DNA of 64,000 nt from Chiloscyllium plagiosum. Lineage: Eukaryota. Where the stretch lies: NCBI RefSeq assembly GCF_004010195.1, contig NC_057728.1:54790588-54854587 (forward strand). The letters are read 5' to 3'. This document shows positions 50,680 through 62,219 of the stretch, one piece after another. Below the pieces are notes generated by a model. It had not been told where the DNA came from, did not search any database, and worked only from the letters and a program-made list of their open reading frames with translations. Position 1 is the first letter of the stretch; every line of letters starts with the position of its first letter. The position numbers and the translations under genes were made by a program.

Positions 50680-51390
50680 CAAGTGCCAGGCAATGACCAT
50701 CTTCATCGAAAGAGAATCTAACCATCATCTTTGAAACTTAATTTGACATACCATTGTTGAACCTGTCGCTGTCAAAGGGTGTTACCATTGACCATAAACA
50801 AAATAAATTGGACGAGCCAAATATAGTGGCTACAAAAGCAGGTCAGGATGCAATCCACCTCCTGCCTCCTCAAAGCCTGTCCATCATCTACAAGGCACAA
50901 GGCAACAGTGTAATAGAATACTCCCTATTTAGCTGGATGAATTCCAACAACACTCAAGCAGCTTGACACTATCCAGGGCAAAGCAGCCCGCTTGATTGTT
51001 TATGGATGTGGTGCCATTCAGGCCCTCCACCACTAATGCTCAGTAGCAGTGTGTACTATCTATAAGATGCACTGCAAAAACTCCAGAAGGCTTCTTAGGA
51101 CAGCCCCTTCCAAACCTGTAACCTCTACTGCTTAGAAGGACAAGAGCACCAGCTACATGGGAATGCAGCCACCTGCAAGTTTCCCTCCAATCACACATTA
51201 TCCTATCAATGCAAACATATCGCCATTCCTTCATTGTCACTTGAGCAAAATTCCTGCAACACCCTCCATAACAGAATGTACCTACACTCTAAAGAAGCAG
51301 TTCAAGACTCAGAAGCTCACTGTTACTTTCTCCAGGGCAGTTACGAATTGCCAATTGATGTTGGCATGACCAGCAAGGGCACATTCTGGG
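50680..51390 (+). mobile_element. Old LINE 3' fragment (CR1/L2 group) sharing its 3' tail with the second SINE family
   Basis: LSIIYKAQ...EYS-type coding remnants; related pieces at about 30255-30600, 47240-47460, 55020-55270. Confidence 0.6.
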
Positions 51391-52086
51391 AATGAGTTAA
51401 AAATAAACAGAAAGCATCTTACATTGTTACAATGTTATTTCCACTGGTAACAGGCTTCCATTATAAGTTCAAATCTAACAACTGTTCACAAAGCGTCACT
51501 AGGCAATGAGGCCACTAATATAAACCTGCCAGAGTAAGGTACATATCATCGTGGGAGGGAGTCACACTCCAAAGGACAAATATCAAGAGTCTATTCAGAA
51601 CTGAAATTCAATGTTAAACATTCTGCACGTATCCTGTGGATAAATTCACCAAAGCATTCATCACCAGGGTAATGCTACAGGTTTCTGTTTAAGCAACACA
51701 TGCTAGCAACAATTATGTCACTGCGATTGGTTTGAAGTTTCAGGAGTTGCGCCAAACCAATCATGATCACAAACAAGTCTCTTTCTCCCCCCACACCATA
51801 CTATAATGGAGGGACTCGGTCAAAATGAATTCTGCAGCAGATCAAGAAAGCAGCTCACCACCATCACCTCTACAGGGGGTTACAACAACAAATACTGGCC
51901 TATCCAGCAACATCCACATCCCCTAAAAGAACATTTTTAAAGTTACTTTTAAGTCAGTCTTCTTTCAAAGATAGTGTATAATGAACATCATTATAGAAGA
52001 GAACTGGTAATTGTTTCAAAAGATCTCTGCAAAAGACACAAAGTTAAAGTGTAACACTCCTTTTATGAAAATCTTATAATGTGAGT

Positions 52087-52408
52087 GACACGGTAGCTCA
52101 GTGGTTAGCACTGCTGCCTCACAGCATCACACCTGGGTTCGATTCCAGCCTTGGGCAACAGACTGCATGTGGAGTATGCACATTCTCCCCATGAGTGCGT
52201 GGGTTCCCTCCGGATGCTCCGGTTTCCTCCCACAGTCCAAAGATATGCAGGTTAGGTGGATTGGTCATACTAAATTGCCCATAGCATCCAGGGATGTGCA
52301 GGCTAGATGGATTAGCCATGGGAAATATGGGGTTACAGGGACAGGTCTGGCTGGGGTGCTCTTTGGTGGGTTGGTGTGGATCCTGCTTCCACACTTCAAG
52401 GATTCTAT
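52087..52408 (+). mobile_element. HE1-like V-SINE
   Basis: cggtagctcagtggttagcac head, V-core ccggtttcctcccacagtccaaaga. Confidence 0.85.
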
Positions 52409-54066
52409 TAGTGATATAACTGTTACAGACAGGGAGATCACATGGTGATTGGGTGGTCTTGGGGTATAAGGAGTGGCTGGAGTAGGTGGAGATTAGTTTT
52501 CGTCCAGATGGGTATGCATGGGTCTAGGAAACACTCACAGATGATGAATGAAGACAGCCATCCCACAGTGAAGGAAAGGGGGATGAAATCTGGAAAGACA
52601 GCACAAAGCCACACCAAATTAACACTGAGCAGGATATCCTAAAGTCATTAACCTCTCAAATTCCCAAAGCAGGATTGGCTATTTTGGGTTTTTCATGTGT
52701 ATAAAGCTGTATGAACGTCTACCTGAAACCAGTAATCTTCAGAAAACCAGGTGTTAGAAAAGTTAAAAACTTTGGTTGACCTCATCTTCTTTCTGTGTTT
52801 AGGAAGATGAGAGCTGGAGCACATTTCTCAGCAGCCAGCTGCCAGGTAAGACCGTGAGGTTGAGGGGGTTCATTCAGCAAGTACCTACTCATATCATGCC
52901 CCAGAGAAATTTTTCCCAAGCAAATTCTGGGCCTTTTGTTGATAGGTCAACTCTGCAGGCTTGCTCACTTGGCTGATCAGTATTCGGACAAATGGACAGA
53001 ACATTTGATTATACAGTCTGTCTGATAAATGCAATGGGAGTTTTGCAATCAGTGAAAAACACTGATTTGCACAAAGCCTGTTTAAGGGAAATGGTGTTGA
53101 CATGCTAATATCAATGAAGCATTAATCTAGATGCCCAGGCTAATGCTGGGAGCATGGGTTCAAATCCCCCATAGCATCTAGTAGATGTTAAATTTAAATC
53201 ATTTTGGATTGAAATGCAGTGGTGACCATGGTCACCAGCAGTGGTGACCATGAAGCAGTCATCGAATGTTGTAAAACATTCTCTAGGGAAGGAAATCTGC
53301 CATCTTTAACCTGGTTTGGCCTACATAGCTCCAGATCCAACTGTTTCAAGGGCAATTAGGGTTGAGCAACAAATGCTGGCCTTACTGGCAATGCCTACTT
53401 CCAGCAAAAACTAAAGACATGCACACAACTCAATCATTTACAGGCCTGTGAGAAATAAACAGGTTTTGGTGTACAATGGTCAGATAAAATGCCTTCCAAT
53501 ATCTTCCAATCCTCAGCCCCTCCATAGCCACACTTTGACTTTTAACTGCTGGACATCCATCTTCAAGCAAGAATTGAAGTGCTTAATTTGTATCGTGTGA
53601 ATCTAGTGGCAAGGTGCAATCACAGAATGATGACTTCAAGATATCTTACCCTGTTGTACCTGGTACAAGATCTGAACTGAACTGGATCCAGTTATGGCTT
53701 TGCTATTACACTCTAACTGACCTGTCAGTCTGAAGCGATGGTAGCTGTACAAAACCTAAGTGAGGCAACTTAATAAAAAAGTAAGCACTGTATTACAAAT
53801 ATAGTCTAGACTTTTGGCCATACCACTGAGCCCATGCCAAAAAGACTAGCATTTTCACAGTACCTTTCAACATCTAGAGGACATATCAATGTTCTTATAC
53901 ACCAAACACCGTTGCAACACAGCAACAGCCAGTTCCCATAAACAGTCATTAAATATAACCACCCAATCACCCAGTTTAGATGCAGTTTGGGGAGATTAAT
54001 ATTGGCTCGGACACCACAGAGACATCCAGAGACCTTCTTCAAAATAGTACTATTGATCTTGCAGGT

Positions 54067-54138
54067 AAAAACAATGACTGCAGATGCTGGAAACCAGAGT
54101 CTAGATTAGAGTGGTGCTGGAAAAGCACAGCAGGTCAG
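54067..54138. mobile_element. 72-bp PLE-terminus insertion with 12-bp TSD inside a Deu-domain SINE
   Basis: GATCTTGCAGGT at 54055-54066 and 54139-54150. Confidence 0.8.
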
Positions 54139-54302
54139 GATCTTGCAGGTCAGACAGGACCTCAGTTTAATATCACATTGGAAGAGTGGCACATCTGACA
54201 GTGCAATGTTCCCTCAGCACTGCAGTCTGATTTTCACACTGCAAGCTACGAAGCAAGACTTTAAAACATTTTAAAAGCATTGCCCACACAATGAGTACTC
54301 AC

Positions 54303-54487
54303 TTTATGCTGCTGGATGAGAATTTCCCGTGCTGCATTGAAGATGAGCGTGTGCAAGTTGCTGGAGTAAAAGGCTAGTGTATAGTCATAGTCAAAGCCAT
54401 AAATCTCAATGTCCGAGAGACAGACCTCGTTGTTAGCAAATATTCCATCCGGATTTAGAAAATTCAATCTTCCTGTAAAGGTCAGGT
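54303..54487 (-). CDS. NT5DC3: NT5DC3 exon 2 with HAD motif I ([10 protein letters not shown])
   Basis: ttcacag acceptor, AAA|gtgagt donor; DxDxT motif. Confidence 0.97.
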
Positions 54488-56839
54488 CTGTGAAAGTGAG
54501 GATGCAAACGTGCCGTTAGATACAATTCCTATAAAAGGGATGCACCACATAGGAGTGGTGGTGAAACAGTGCTATTGTCATTGGGCTAATAATCCAGAAG
54601 GCTAGCCTAATGCTCAAAGAACACAAGTTTCAACGAGCAAAAATTCAATTCAATGAATAAATTTGAAATCGAAAGTTACTCTCATGGTCACTAACACTGA
54701 AACATTCACTGACCACCACTGGTTTACTGCTTTAGGGAAGGAAATTTGCTGTTTTTACCTGGTCTGAGCCACGTGTGACTGCAGACCCACAACAATGGTG
54801 GTTTCTAACTGCCCTAACCTCTGAACTGGCTTAGCACGTCACTCCGTTCAAGGGCAATTAAGGATGGACAACAAAAGCTGGCCCTGCCTGCAATACCCAC
54901 ATCCAGACAATACACACACAACGAACAAATGAGGTTAGATCAGCCGTGATCCAACCGTATGCCAGAGAATAACCAACATTTGCTCCCATGATCTTCCTTT
55001 CTCTTCACTCACATGATGTGGGTGTCACCAAGTGGGCCAGCATTTATTGCCCTCCCCTAATGTTTGCAGTCCATGTGCTGTAGATTGACCTATAATACCA
55101 TCAGGAAGGCCATTCCAGGATTTTTGCCCAACGACATTGAAGAAACGGTGATATGTTTCCAAGTCAGGATGGTGAGTGGCTTGGAGGGGAACATGTATGT
55201 GGTGGTGTTCCCATGTGTCTGCTGCCCTTGTCCTTGTCCTTCTAGACAGTGGAGATTGTAGGTTTGGAAGGTACGGTTTAAAGAGCCAGATGAGCTGTAT
55301 TTTTAATATGGTGTAACAGAGCACCCAGAAAATAAGAAAACCAATGAGTGTGTTAATCAAGGGGTAGGGAAAAAAATTAAAGTTATGCTGATAATGTTCA
55401 GTGACATAGAATGGAATCATTGGTTTGACTGGATTATTACTCTGCTGCTTTTCCGATGTACTGAACATAATTTACTTTAATTGCACACTTCTTTTCACTT
55501 GGTCTTTAGTGTTCAGCTGAATCAGAGGCCTGGACTTGGCAAAATGCTAGTTTGCAACGGAGTACAGATGGCACACTTGTGAAATCAGAACACACATCAC
55601 AATTAATCATATCTCCCCACCCTCTCACAAAAGACCGTAAAAGGAGGACAGATAAAGAATCTCTTACTGCTTGTTAGGAAGTGTAAGGCTAGGGGTTACA
55701 ATCTAAAACTTAGAGCCAGACCTTTTAAGTGTGAAATGAGAAAAGATATCTTCGCGCGGGCACACATATACACACACACACACACAGTGTGCTTCTTCAC
55801 TCTCTTTCTTTCTTACACACACACACACTCTCTCTCTCTCTTACAAACATCATCACTTTGTCTCACCATCACACACAAAGGCTGGTCAATGTCTGGGATG
55901 CTTGTAAATGGCAAGTGACGTTAGATCAATTTTCAGTTGTAAAGGAAGTTAACAGAATTTTGTTAACCAAAGATATAGGAGATACGGGGTTGTATTCAGT
56001 CATAAGTTACCCAACATCTCGCTGAGCAGCCAAATTGCACAATCCTGTTCCCAGCTTTCAGTTTAATTCCAGACTTTTGCATTGCCTGGTGCAAATCCAT
56101 TGTTCCCAGATTCAAAATAGAACGTCATAGTGCAAAGCCTGAAAGGAGACAGGTTACCTAATGGGAAACCTGATCTGTGATCAGCAGTTTAGGAGGATCA
56201 TGTGTCTCAAATTCACTGTCAACATCCCTCTCTAAAAATGGAAAAGGCAAATGTCATATGGTTTCTCAGCCAAAAGGCCAACACTAATCTGTCAGAGTTT
56301 AAAAAGATATGACCATCTTTTTGTATGGTTTGTGCCAATGGTACTCAGAATAGTCCAGCACTGAGCATCAGCCAGTCGTGATGTAACCACACTGGCTGGA
56401 AAAAGGCTGATTCAATCCTAACATTTGGGGGAATTTGCACAGAAAACATTAACCCAAGGCCCTTTTGCTAAGGGCTTACTCTCATGCCAATACTTTGAAG
56501 CGTCCTCACCAATGAACATCCTCAAACCATATCATAAAGATAGATCTGGCCACGACCCCATTGCTGTTTGTGGGAGCTTGCTGTACGTAGATTGATTCTA
56601 GTCCATCCTCGCCCCCCCCCAAGAGCAACTACAGCGACAAGGGGTAACGGGGGTCCCGAAAGGCGCTACGGAAATGTAAGTCTTTCAAGCCGTTCCCCTC
56701 ACGCTAGGGGTAACACTATGATTCAGCTGCAGTGGTTTGATTTGCTACTGCCGTGGTAAGCTTGGGGAGTTGAAGACGGGCGTCACATAAATGCAGTGGA
56801 GAGATGAGCTCCTCTTCCCCACCCTCCCCTTGCTCTCTC

Positions 56840-57200
56840 ACCTTCGCTGACTTTCTTGGTCTCCTTGTACATCGCCCATAAGTAGCTCCTCATGTCCACG
56901 GCGCTGCTGCTGCTGCTGCTGCTGTAAGGAGCCGCCGCTATTGCGGCGATGCGGCGCCCGGGCGAACGCTGGTGCAGCGCCGGCCCTGGCCCTGGCCCTG
57001 GCCCTGGCCCCGAGCGGGAGAGCAGCTTGCCCAGCGGAGCAGGGTCTCTCCGGCTGCAGAGCAGCTCCCTGACAGCGCTCCCCGGTAACCTGGCCGCTAG
57101 CACCCGCTGACCCATCCTCACTGTTACCGACAACATCAGACTCAGCTGAAGCCGGTAACACTGCAGACTATCCCTAACAGCCTGTCGTCACTTCCCTGTG
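56840..57200 (-). promoter_or_regulatory. Small CpG-island-like region over NT5DC3 exon 1 / probable promoter-proximal region
   Basis: The most conspicuously GC- and CpG-rich stretch in an otherwise CpG-depleted window; TSS not determinable. Confidence 0.55.
56842..57136 (-). CDS. NT5DC3: NT5DC3 exon 1 (MLSVTVRM...AVDMRSYLWAMYKETKKVSE)
   Basis: GC/CpG-rich exon, G|gtgaga donor; DMRSYLW.MY resembles the vertebrate NT5DC3 N-terminus; start could instead be the second Met (57115). Confidence 0.88.
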
Positions 57201-57334
57201 ACAACTGGGGAGGGAACACTCAAAAACCTGGCACTAATTTATTTAAATGTTTCATTTGAACGAACAGCCCCAAGTCAATAGAGTGTGGAGTCTGCAGAAC
57301 AGGGTAAGAAAATGGGAAGGGCGTTGTGAGGTGG

Positions 57335-57655
57335 ATTTTTATTTATTCATTCACAAGATGAGGGCATAACTGGTTAGACCAGCATTTATATTCCATTCCT
57401 AATTGCCCAGAAGGCAGTTAAGAAGTCAACCACGTAGCTGTGGGTCTGGAGTCTCATATAGGCCAGACCAGGTAAGGATGGCTGTTTCCTTCCCTAAAGG
57501 ACATCAGTGATCCAGATGGGTTTTTACTATAATTGACAATGGATTCATGGTTATCATTAGATCCTTAATTCCAGATTATTTGTTATTGAATTCAAATTCC
57601 ACCATCCAGGTTCCCCAGAACATTACCTGGGTCTCCAGATTAACAGTCCAGTGAT
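57335..57655 (-). mobile_element. tRNA-headed SINE, second family
   Basis: Reverse copy of the 16142-16590 family. Confidence 0.75.
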
Positions 57656-58021
57656 AAAAAGGTGTAGTAAAAGAAATAATATCTTTTCACGCATTTAAAG
57701 TTATGTACGTTTAATGCATGCCAGAGGAAGTGTTGGAGACTGATACAGTTACATTTAAAAGGCATCTGGACAGGTATGCAATAGGAAGGGTTTAGCGAGA
57801 TATGGGCCAAAGATTAATTTAAGATATCTGGTCGGCATGAACGAATAAAACTGAAGGGTCTGTTTCCATGCTGTACAGTTCTGTGACTCTATGTAAAGTC
57901 ATGCATATTTAATGCTTACACAGTTGACTGGGATAATACATCCATCCTAGGACAGGCCAAGCAGTAACATGCATGGGAATTCCTGGAGGCCTAGCATTCA
58001 AACCAGAACTCCATCAATAAA

Positions 58022-58554
58022 GTTAAAAATCACACAACACCAGGTTATAGTCCAACAGGTTTAATTGGAAGCACTAGCTTTCGGAGCGTCACTCCTTCAT
58101 CAGGTGGCTGTAGAGGACACAATTGTAAGACACAGAATTTATAGCAAAAGTTTACAGTGTGATGTAACTGAAATTATACATTGAAAAATACCTTGATTGT
58201 TTGTTGAGTCTTTCATCTGTTCGAATACCATGATAGTCTCACTTCTTTCATGTATAAATCACAAAACTTTTTTTTAAAAGTTACATTCTCAGGTTAACCA
58301 AAGAATGTAACTTTTAAAAAAAAGTTTTGTGATTTACAAAAATTATTTTTCAATGTATAATTTCAGTTACATCACACTGTAAACTTTTGCTATAAATTCT
58401 GTGTCTTATAATTGTGTCTTCTACAACCACTTGATGAAGGAGCAGCACTCCGAAAGCTAGTGCTCCCAATTAAACCTGTTGGACTAAACCTGGTATTGTG
58501 TGATTTTTAACTTTGTACACCCCAGTCCAACACCGGCACCTCCAAATCATGACG
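58022..58554. mobile_element. 533-bp fold-back PLE pseudo-LTR element with two opposed hammerhead motifs, 12-bp TSD
   Basis: TSD TCCATCAATAAA at 58010-58021 and 58555-58566; arms 58022-58190/58344-58511 and 58255-58289/58302-58336. Confidence 0.88.
58072..58106 (-). ncRNA. Putative minimal type I hammerhead ribozyme (intact core)
   Basis: CAC-CUGAUGA-A-GGAGU-GAC-GCUCC-GAAA-GCUA-GUG: stem I CAC/GUG, stem II GGAGU/GCUCC, palindromic AGCU helix III, predicted cleavage after CUA; activity not shown. Confidence 0.6.
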
Positions 58555-59423
58555 TCCATCAATAAACACATCGATTTGGGCACCATTTACCAACCTCTGA
58601 GAAAAACAACCGGAAATGGTATCACCGACATTAACAGATGAAGACATAAATAGAAAGTGGGACAGAACACCAGCACTTCATCCAGAGGCTCACTGATGTT
58701 ACCCAACATGGTGATAAAATATCTGAGAACAAACCTACCAGTGAGCAAACTTACAACCTGAACCTCAATCTAAGCTACAAATCTCAAAAGGTGTATACAC
58801 AGTTGTGTACATTTAATGAATATGCAGTTGTATATATCTAATGTGTTAAATAATTACTTGCATTTGTAATTTTAATTTTAAAAGAAAATTGGGCAAGTGT
58901 AGAAGCTAAGTAAATTGCAGGATTAGGGATTTTAAAAGAATGGCGATTGGGGAAAAAAGGCTGCTTTTCTGCGCATACAAAGTATGATGGATGAAATAGT
59001 CTCCTTTTGTGCTCTATGTTCCTATGATGCCATGTACAGAGTCCTTCAGGAGCTGAGGACATCCTTGAAATGCTTTGCAGAATTAGTGACATCACTTGAC
59101 TGAACGTGACATCAAGGAGCCAGACCTGGAACCCAAGTCAATGGGGTTTGGGGGAGGTTGGAAATACTACCCATTCCTCATTCAAAGATGGCTGTGGTTG
59201 TTGGAGACTTATCATCTCAGATCCAGGACATTCCTCAGGGTAGACATTTTCCAAATCAAGTTGTTCAGAAATGATGTGGCACATCTCTGGATCAGGTAGG
59301 ACTTGAACTGAGGATTTTTAGCTCAGAGGTAGGGACACTACCACATCTTAAGGGTAGTTTATGACACAGAACCCACACTTTATGGGACAAAGATATGGAC
59401 TGGGTCACAAGGCCCTTTTTTTT

Positions 59424-59524
59424 AACTACACGTAATATTTCCAGGTAGTATCTCATCCAAGTACTACCCAGACCCAAGTCTGTTTAGCTTCTGAGATCAG
59501 GTGATTCTAGTCTCATATAGCCAC
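59424..59524 (-). pseudogene. Decayed 5S rRNA-derived sequence followed by A8
   Basis: - strand CTGATCTCAGAAGCTAAACAGACTTGGGTCTGGGTAGTACTTGGATGAGATACTACCTGGAAATA aligns to vertebrate 5S internal control region (A box to C box). Confidence 0.7.
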
Positions 59525-60845
59525 CCACATGGGGGTTAATGTCCTCGGGGTATTTTTTATATCAGCCTGCTCAGAGATGTTATACTGGAGCAAGTGGGAT
59601 TTGAACTCGGGCCTCCTGGCTCAGAGGTAGGTACATTACCACCATATCACAAGAGCCCCATCAACTTCAGGATATTTTTCTAGGCAGAACCATCTTCGGC
59701 TGCTTCCACAACAACCTTCCGTCCATCTTAAGATCTGAATTAGCAGTTTTCACTGATGATTGCACAAGTTCAGTATTGTGCAGGGACTACATGGATACTG
59801 AAGGATTCTGTGACCATTTGCATTATTACAAATATATCCCAGATGCAATTCCCAGATTATTACAATTTCAGACATACGCTCCAAATTGTCAAGACCCAGG
59901 TGAGGAGTGAATGTTTTCATATTTTTACACCCAAAAGAGTTATCACATACAACTGAGCACTTTCCCACCACCAAAATCACCATGACATTTTTTTTGTTCT
60001 TCTTATAACTCGTAAACACAAGCAATAAAAATTCCAATGTATCTAAATGAGTATTAACAATCAATGCCCATTATGGGCAATGTAAACTATCAAAGGTGAG
60101 GGAGAATTAGGGAGATTATTCACTTGCCCCCTCACTTGGTCACAAAGTTGAATTTAAAAAGGATCCCTTCCCTTGCTGATGCCGTTCTTAGATAATGCTA
60201 CAGCAAAACCCAAATTATTGTTTTTCACCTTGGTGCTCCTGTTCCAACCAGGTGTTCAATTGCAACAGGAACATTAAATTGTCTGTTCTGCTTGTTCTAG
60301 TTGAATCTATGATCTGTCACCATGACCCACCTATGTCAATGCATGGTTCTGCATGTTTCTACACCTTGCCAAACACATTATGCAATTTTTGAGCTGTTTC
60401 TCTGATTACACTAATCCTCCCAATTTCGGACCATTTCCTCATTGGCTTTGAGTTTCTGACTTCAGGCCATTCATGTAAATTAAGAACAGTACTTGTCACA
60501 GAACCAAGTTTTGAGGCTTTTTCATTCAGTATTTTGAACTATCTTCTTTATGAGCTTTCTATCTTTCCTACCCTGAGTTTCTTATCCATTCTCAGGGTTT
60601 ATCTTCATTTTCAATTATGCAAGATTAATTCTAAGCCTTTCATGTGGAACTTAATTGTAAGCTTTTTGGAAGTGGACATAAACCACATTACAGTCCAGTT
60701 GAAGGCCTTGTCCTCCCAGAAGTTGAAGAGGTTGGTCAAGGCATTCTCTCTCTTCATGAAAAGATAATGACTCTTGTCAGCAAGGATTCTTTTAGTGCAA
60801 TTGATCCTCAGGGTCACATCTGCTAATCTTTCCCATAATATTAAT

Positions 60846-61010
60846 GTGTGGAGGTGCCGGTATTGGACTGGGGTGGACAAGGTCAGAAGTCAGACAACAC
60901 CAGGGTATAATCCAACAGGGTTTATTTGAAACCACAAGCTTTTGGAGCATTGCCCTTTTATGATTTCAAATAAACCTGTAGACTATAACCTGGTGTTGTC
61001 TGACTTCTGA
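60846..61010. mobile_element. Fold-back PLE mini-insertion, 13-bp TSD (1 mismatch)
   Basis: CCATAAT(A/T)TTAAT at 60833-60845 and 61011-61023; arms tcagaagtcagacaacaccagg / cctggtgttgtctgacttctga. Confidence 0.8.
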
Positions 61011-62219
61011 CCATAATTTTAATACGTATTTTATATGGAAGGCCAGTAAGTCTGTAATTGTCTGGATTTAGTCAGTCACTATTTGCTCTCCTTAGAGCAG
61101 AGCAGGTTAAGAACAAATTTGATGGAGGTATTCGAAAAAATCATGGAAGATTTTCCTGGAGTAAGGAAAGAATATTTTCAATGGCAGAAGCCAGTCAATC
61201 ACCAGACATGGATTTAATATAATTGGTGAGAAATGAAGTAATATTCGGGTTTTTTTAAATGCAGCAAGTTGTTATGATTGGGCATGCTTTGCCTGAAAGG
61301 ACAGTTGAAGCAGATTAGATATTTACTCTCAAAAATGTAAAAATTGTGTATTTTTACTTTATTCTTGATTGTGAACTGAAATGAGAAAATTACATCCAAA
61401 AACTGGTGAAGGATTATTGCATGTTTTGAAAGCAAATTAACTTGGAACTCATTGTAAGCACTGTTAACATAGCTGCTGGTTCAAGCAGTAGTAGGAAAAG
61501 GTGCAGATGAGCTGGAGCCAAGGATGTGTACAAGTGAAGATTCAGCCAGCAACAATAGCTGATTGGTCTGTGGATTAGTGAGCAGCTATCAATGACAAAG
61601 ATCTCGGTCTGCCACTCTGCAATTGGCTGCCAGGTAACTGAAAAGCTTGGGGCTGTGAACAAGATAATGAGAAACTAACAGACAAGCTCAGAACCTCTCT
61701 CTGTTCCCTACAATTAAAGATTGAAAAAAAACATTATTTGTCCTTCAGCAGTTGCTGTAAGTGGTGACTCTTAATTAATCATAAAATTAATTGTATACGT
61801 GTCAACAAGCCATCCTTTGTCTCCTGCAAAAAAGGGATAGCACCCAAAGAGAGAAGACTGAGAAGCAGCACATAAACCATCTCAGCAGATCCAGTGAACA
61901 AAGACCACTGAACTGCTTTCTCAATTTTCTTTCCATCTATAACACTAATGTATCTGCCAATTCATTTGAGTGTAAGAGAGACCGGGTATAAGGGGGAATT
62001 TATAAAGGGAGTTAGAGTTTTAAACAGTAGAGTTTTATACTGATAGTTCATAACTGTTTACCCATAGCTACAGTCTCTTTACTCGTAATAAGTTGGAATT
62101 CCTGTTAAGTACAGAGACCTAGCCCATGCTTTCTGTCAACCTGGGTCTGAATGTCAGGTGGGTTGGAAATACTGTGTACGTTTTAAAAAAATCCTTAACT
62201 TTTTGTGACAACTCAGATA

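Larger units (their letters stand above)
57915..58790 (+). mobile_element. Older PLE 3' fragment (GIY-YIG C-terminus DWDNTSILGQAK...REFLEAW-like...SINKHIDL, with stops) hosting a younger fold-back PLE
   Basis: Frame reads through when 58022-58554 is removed; decayed hammerhead ctcactgatg...ggtgataaaatatctgag at about 58689-58727. Confidence 0.7.

Noticed and set aside
23863..57136. Alternative identity NT5DC2 (with STAB1)
   Set aside because: [27 protein letters not shown] and the SEE/NPxY/DPF tail of the neighbour fit NT5DC3/STAB2 better; a phylogeny would settle it
56838..57161. Overlapping 107-aa poly-Q ORF at NT5DC3 exon 1
   Set aside because: Alternative frame of a GC-rich exon with a non-ATG start; explained by low stop-codon frequency and the (GCT)n repeat
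59424..59524. Functional 5S rRNA gene
   Set aside because: Many substitutions, an internal deletion, single copy, and ends in an A-run rather than a T-run terminator
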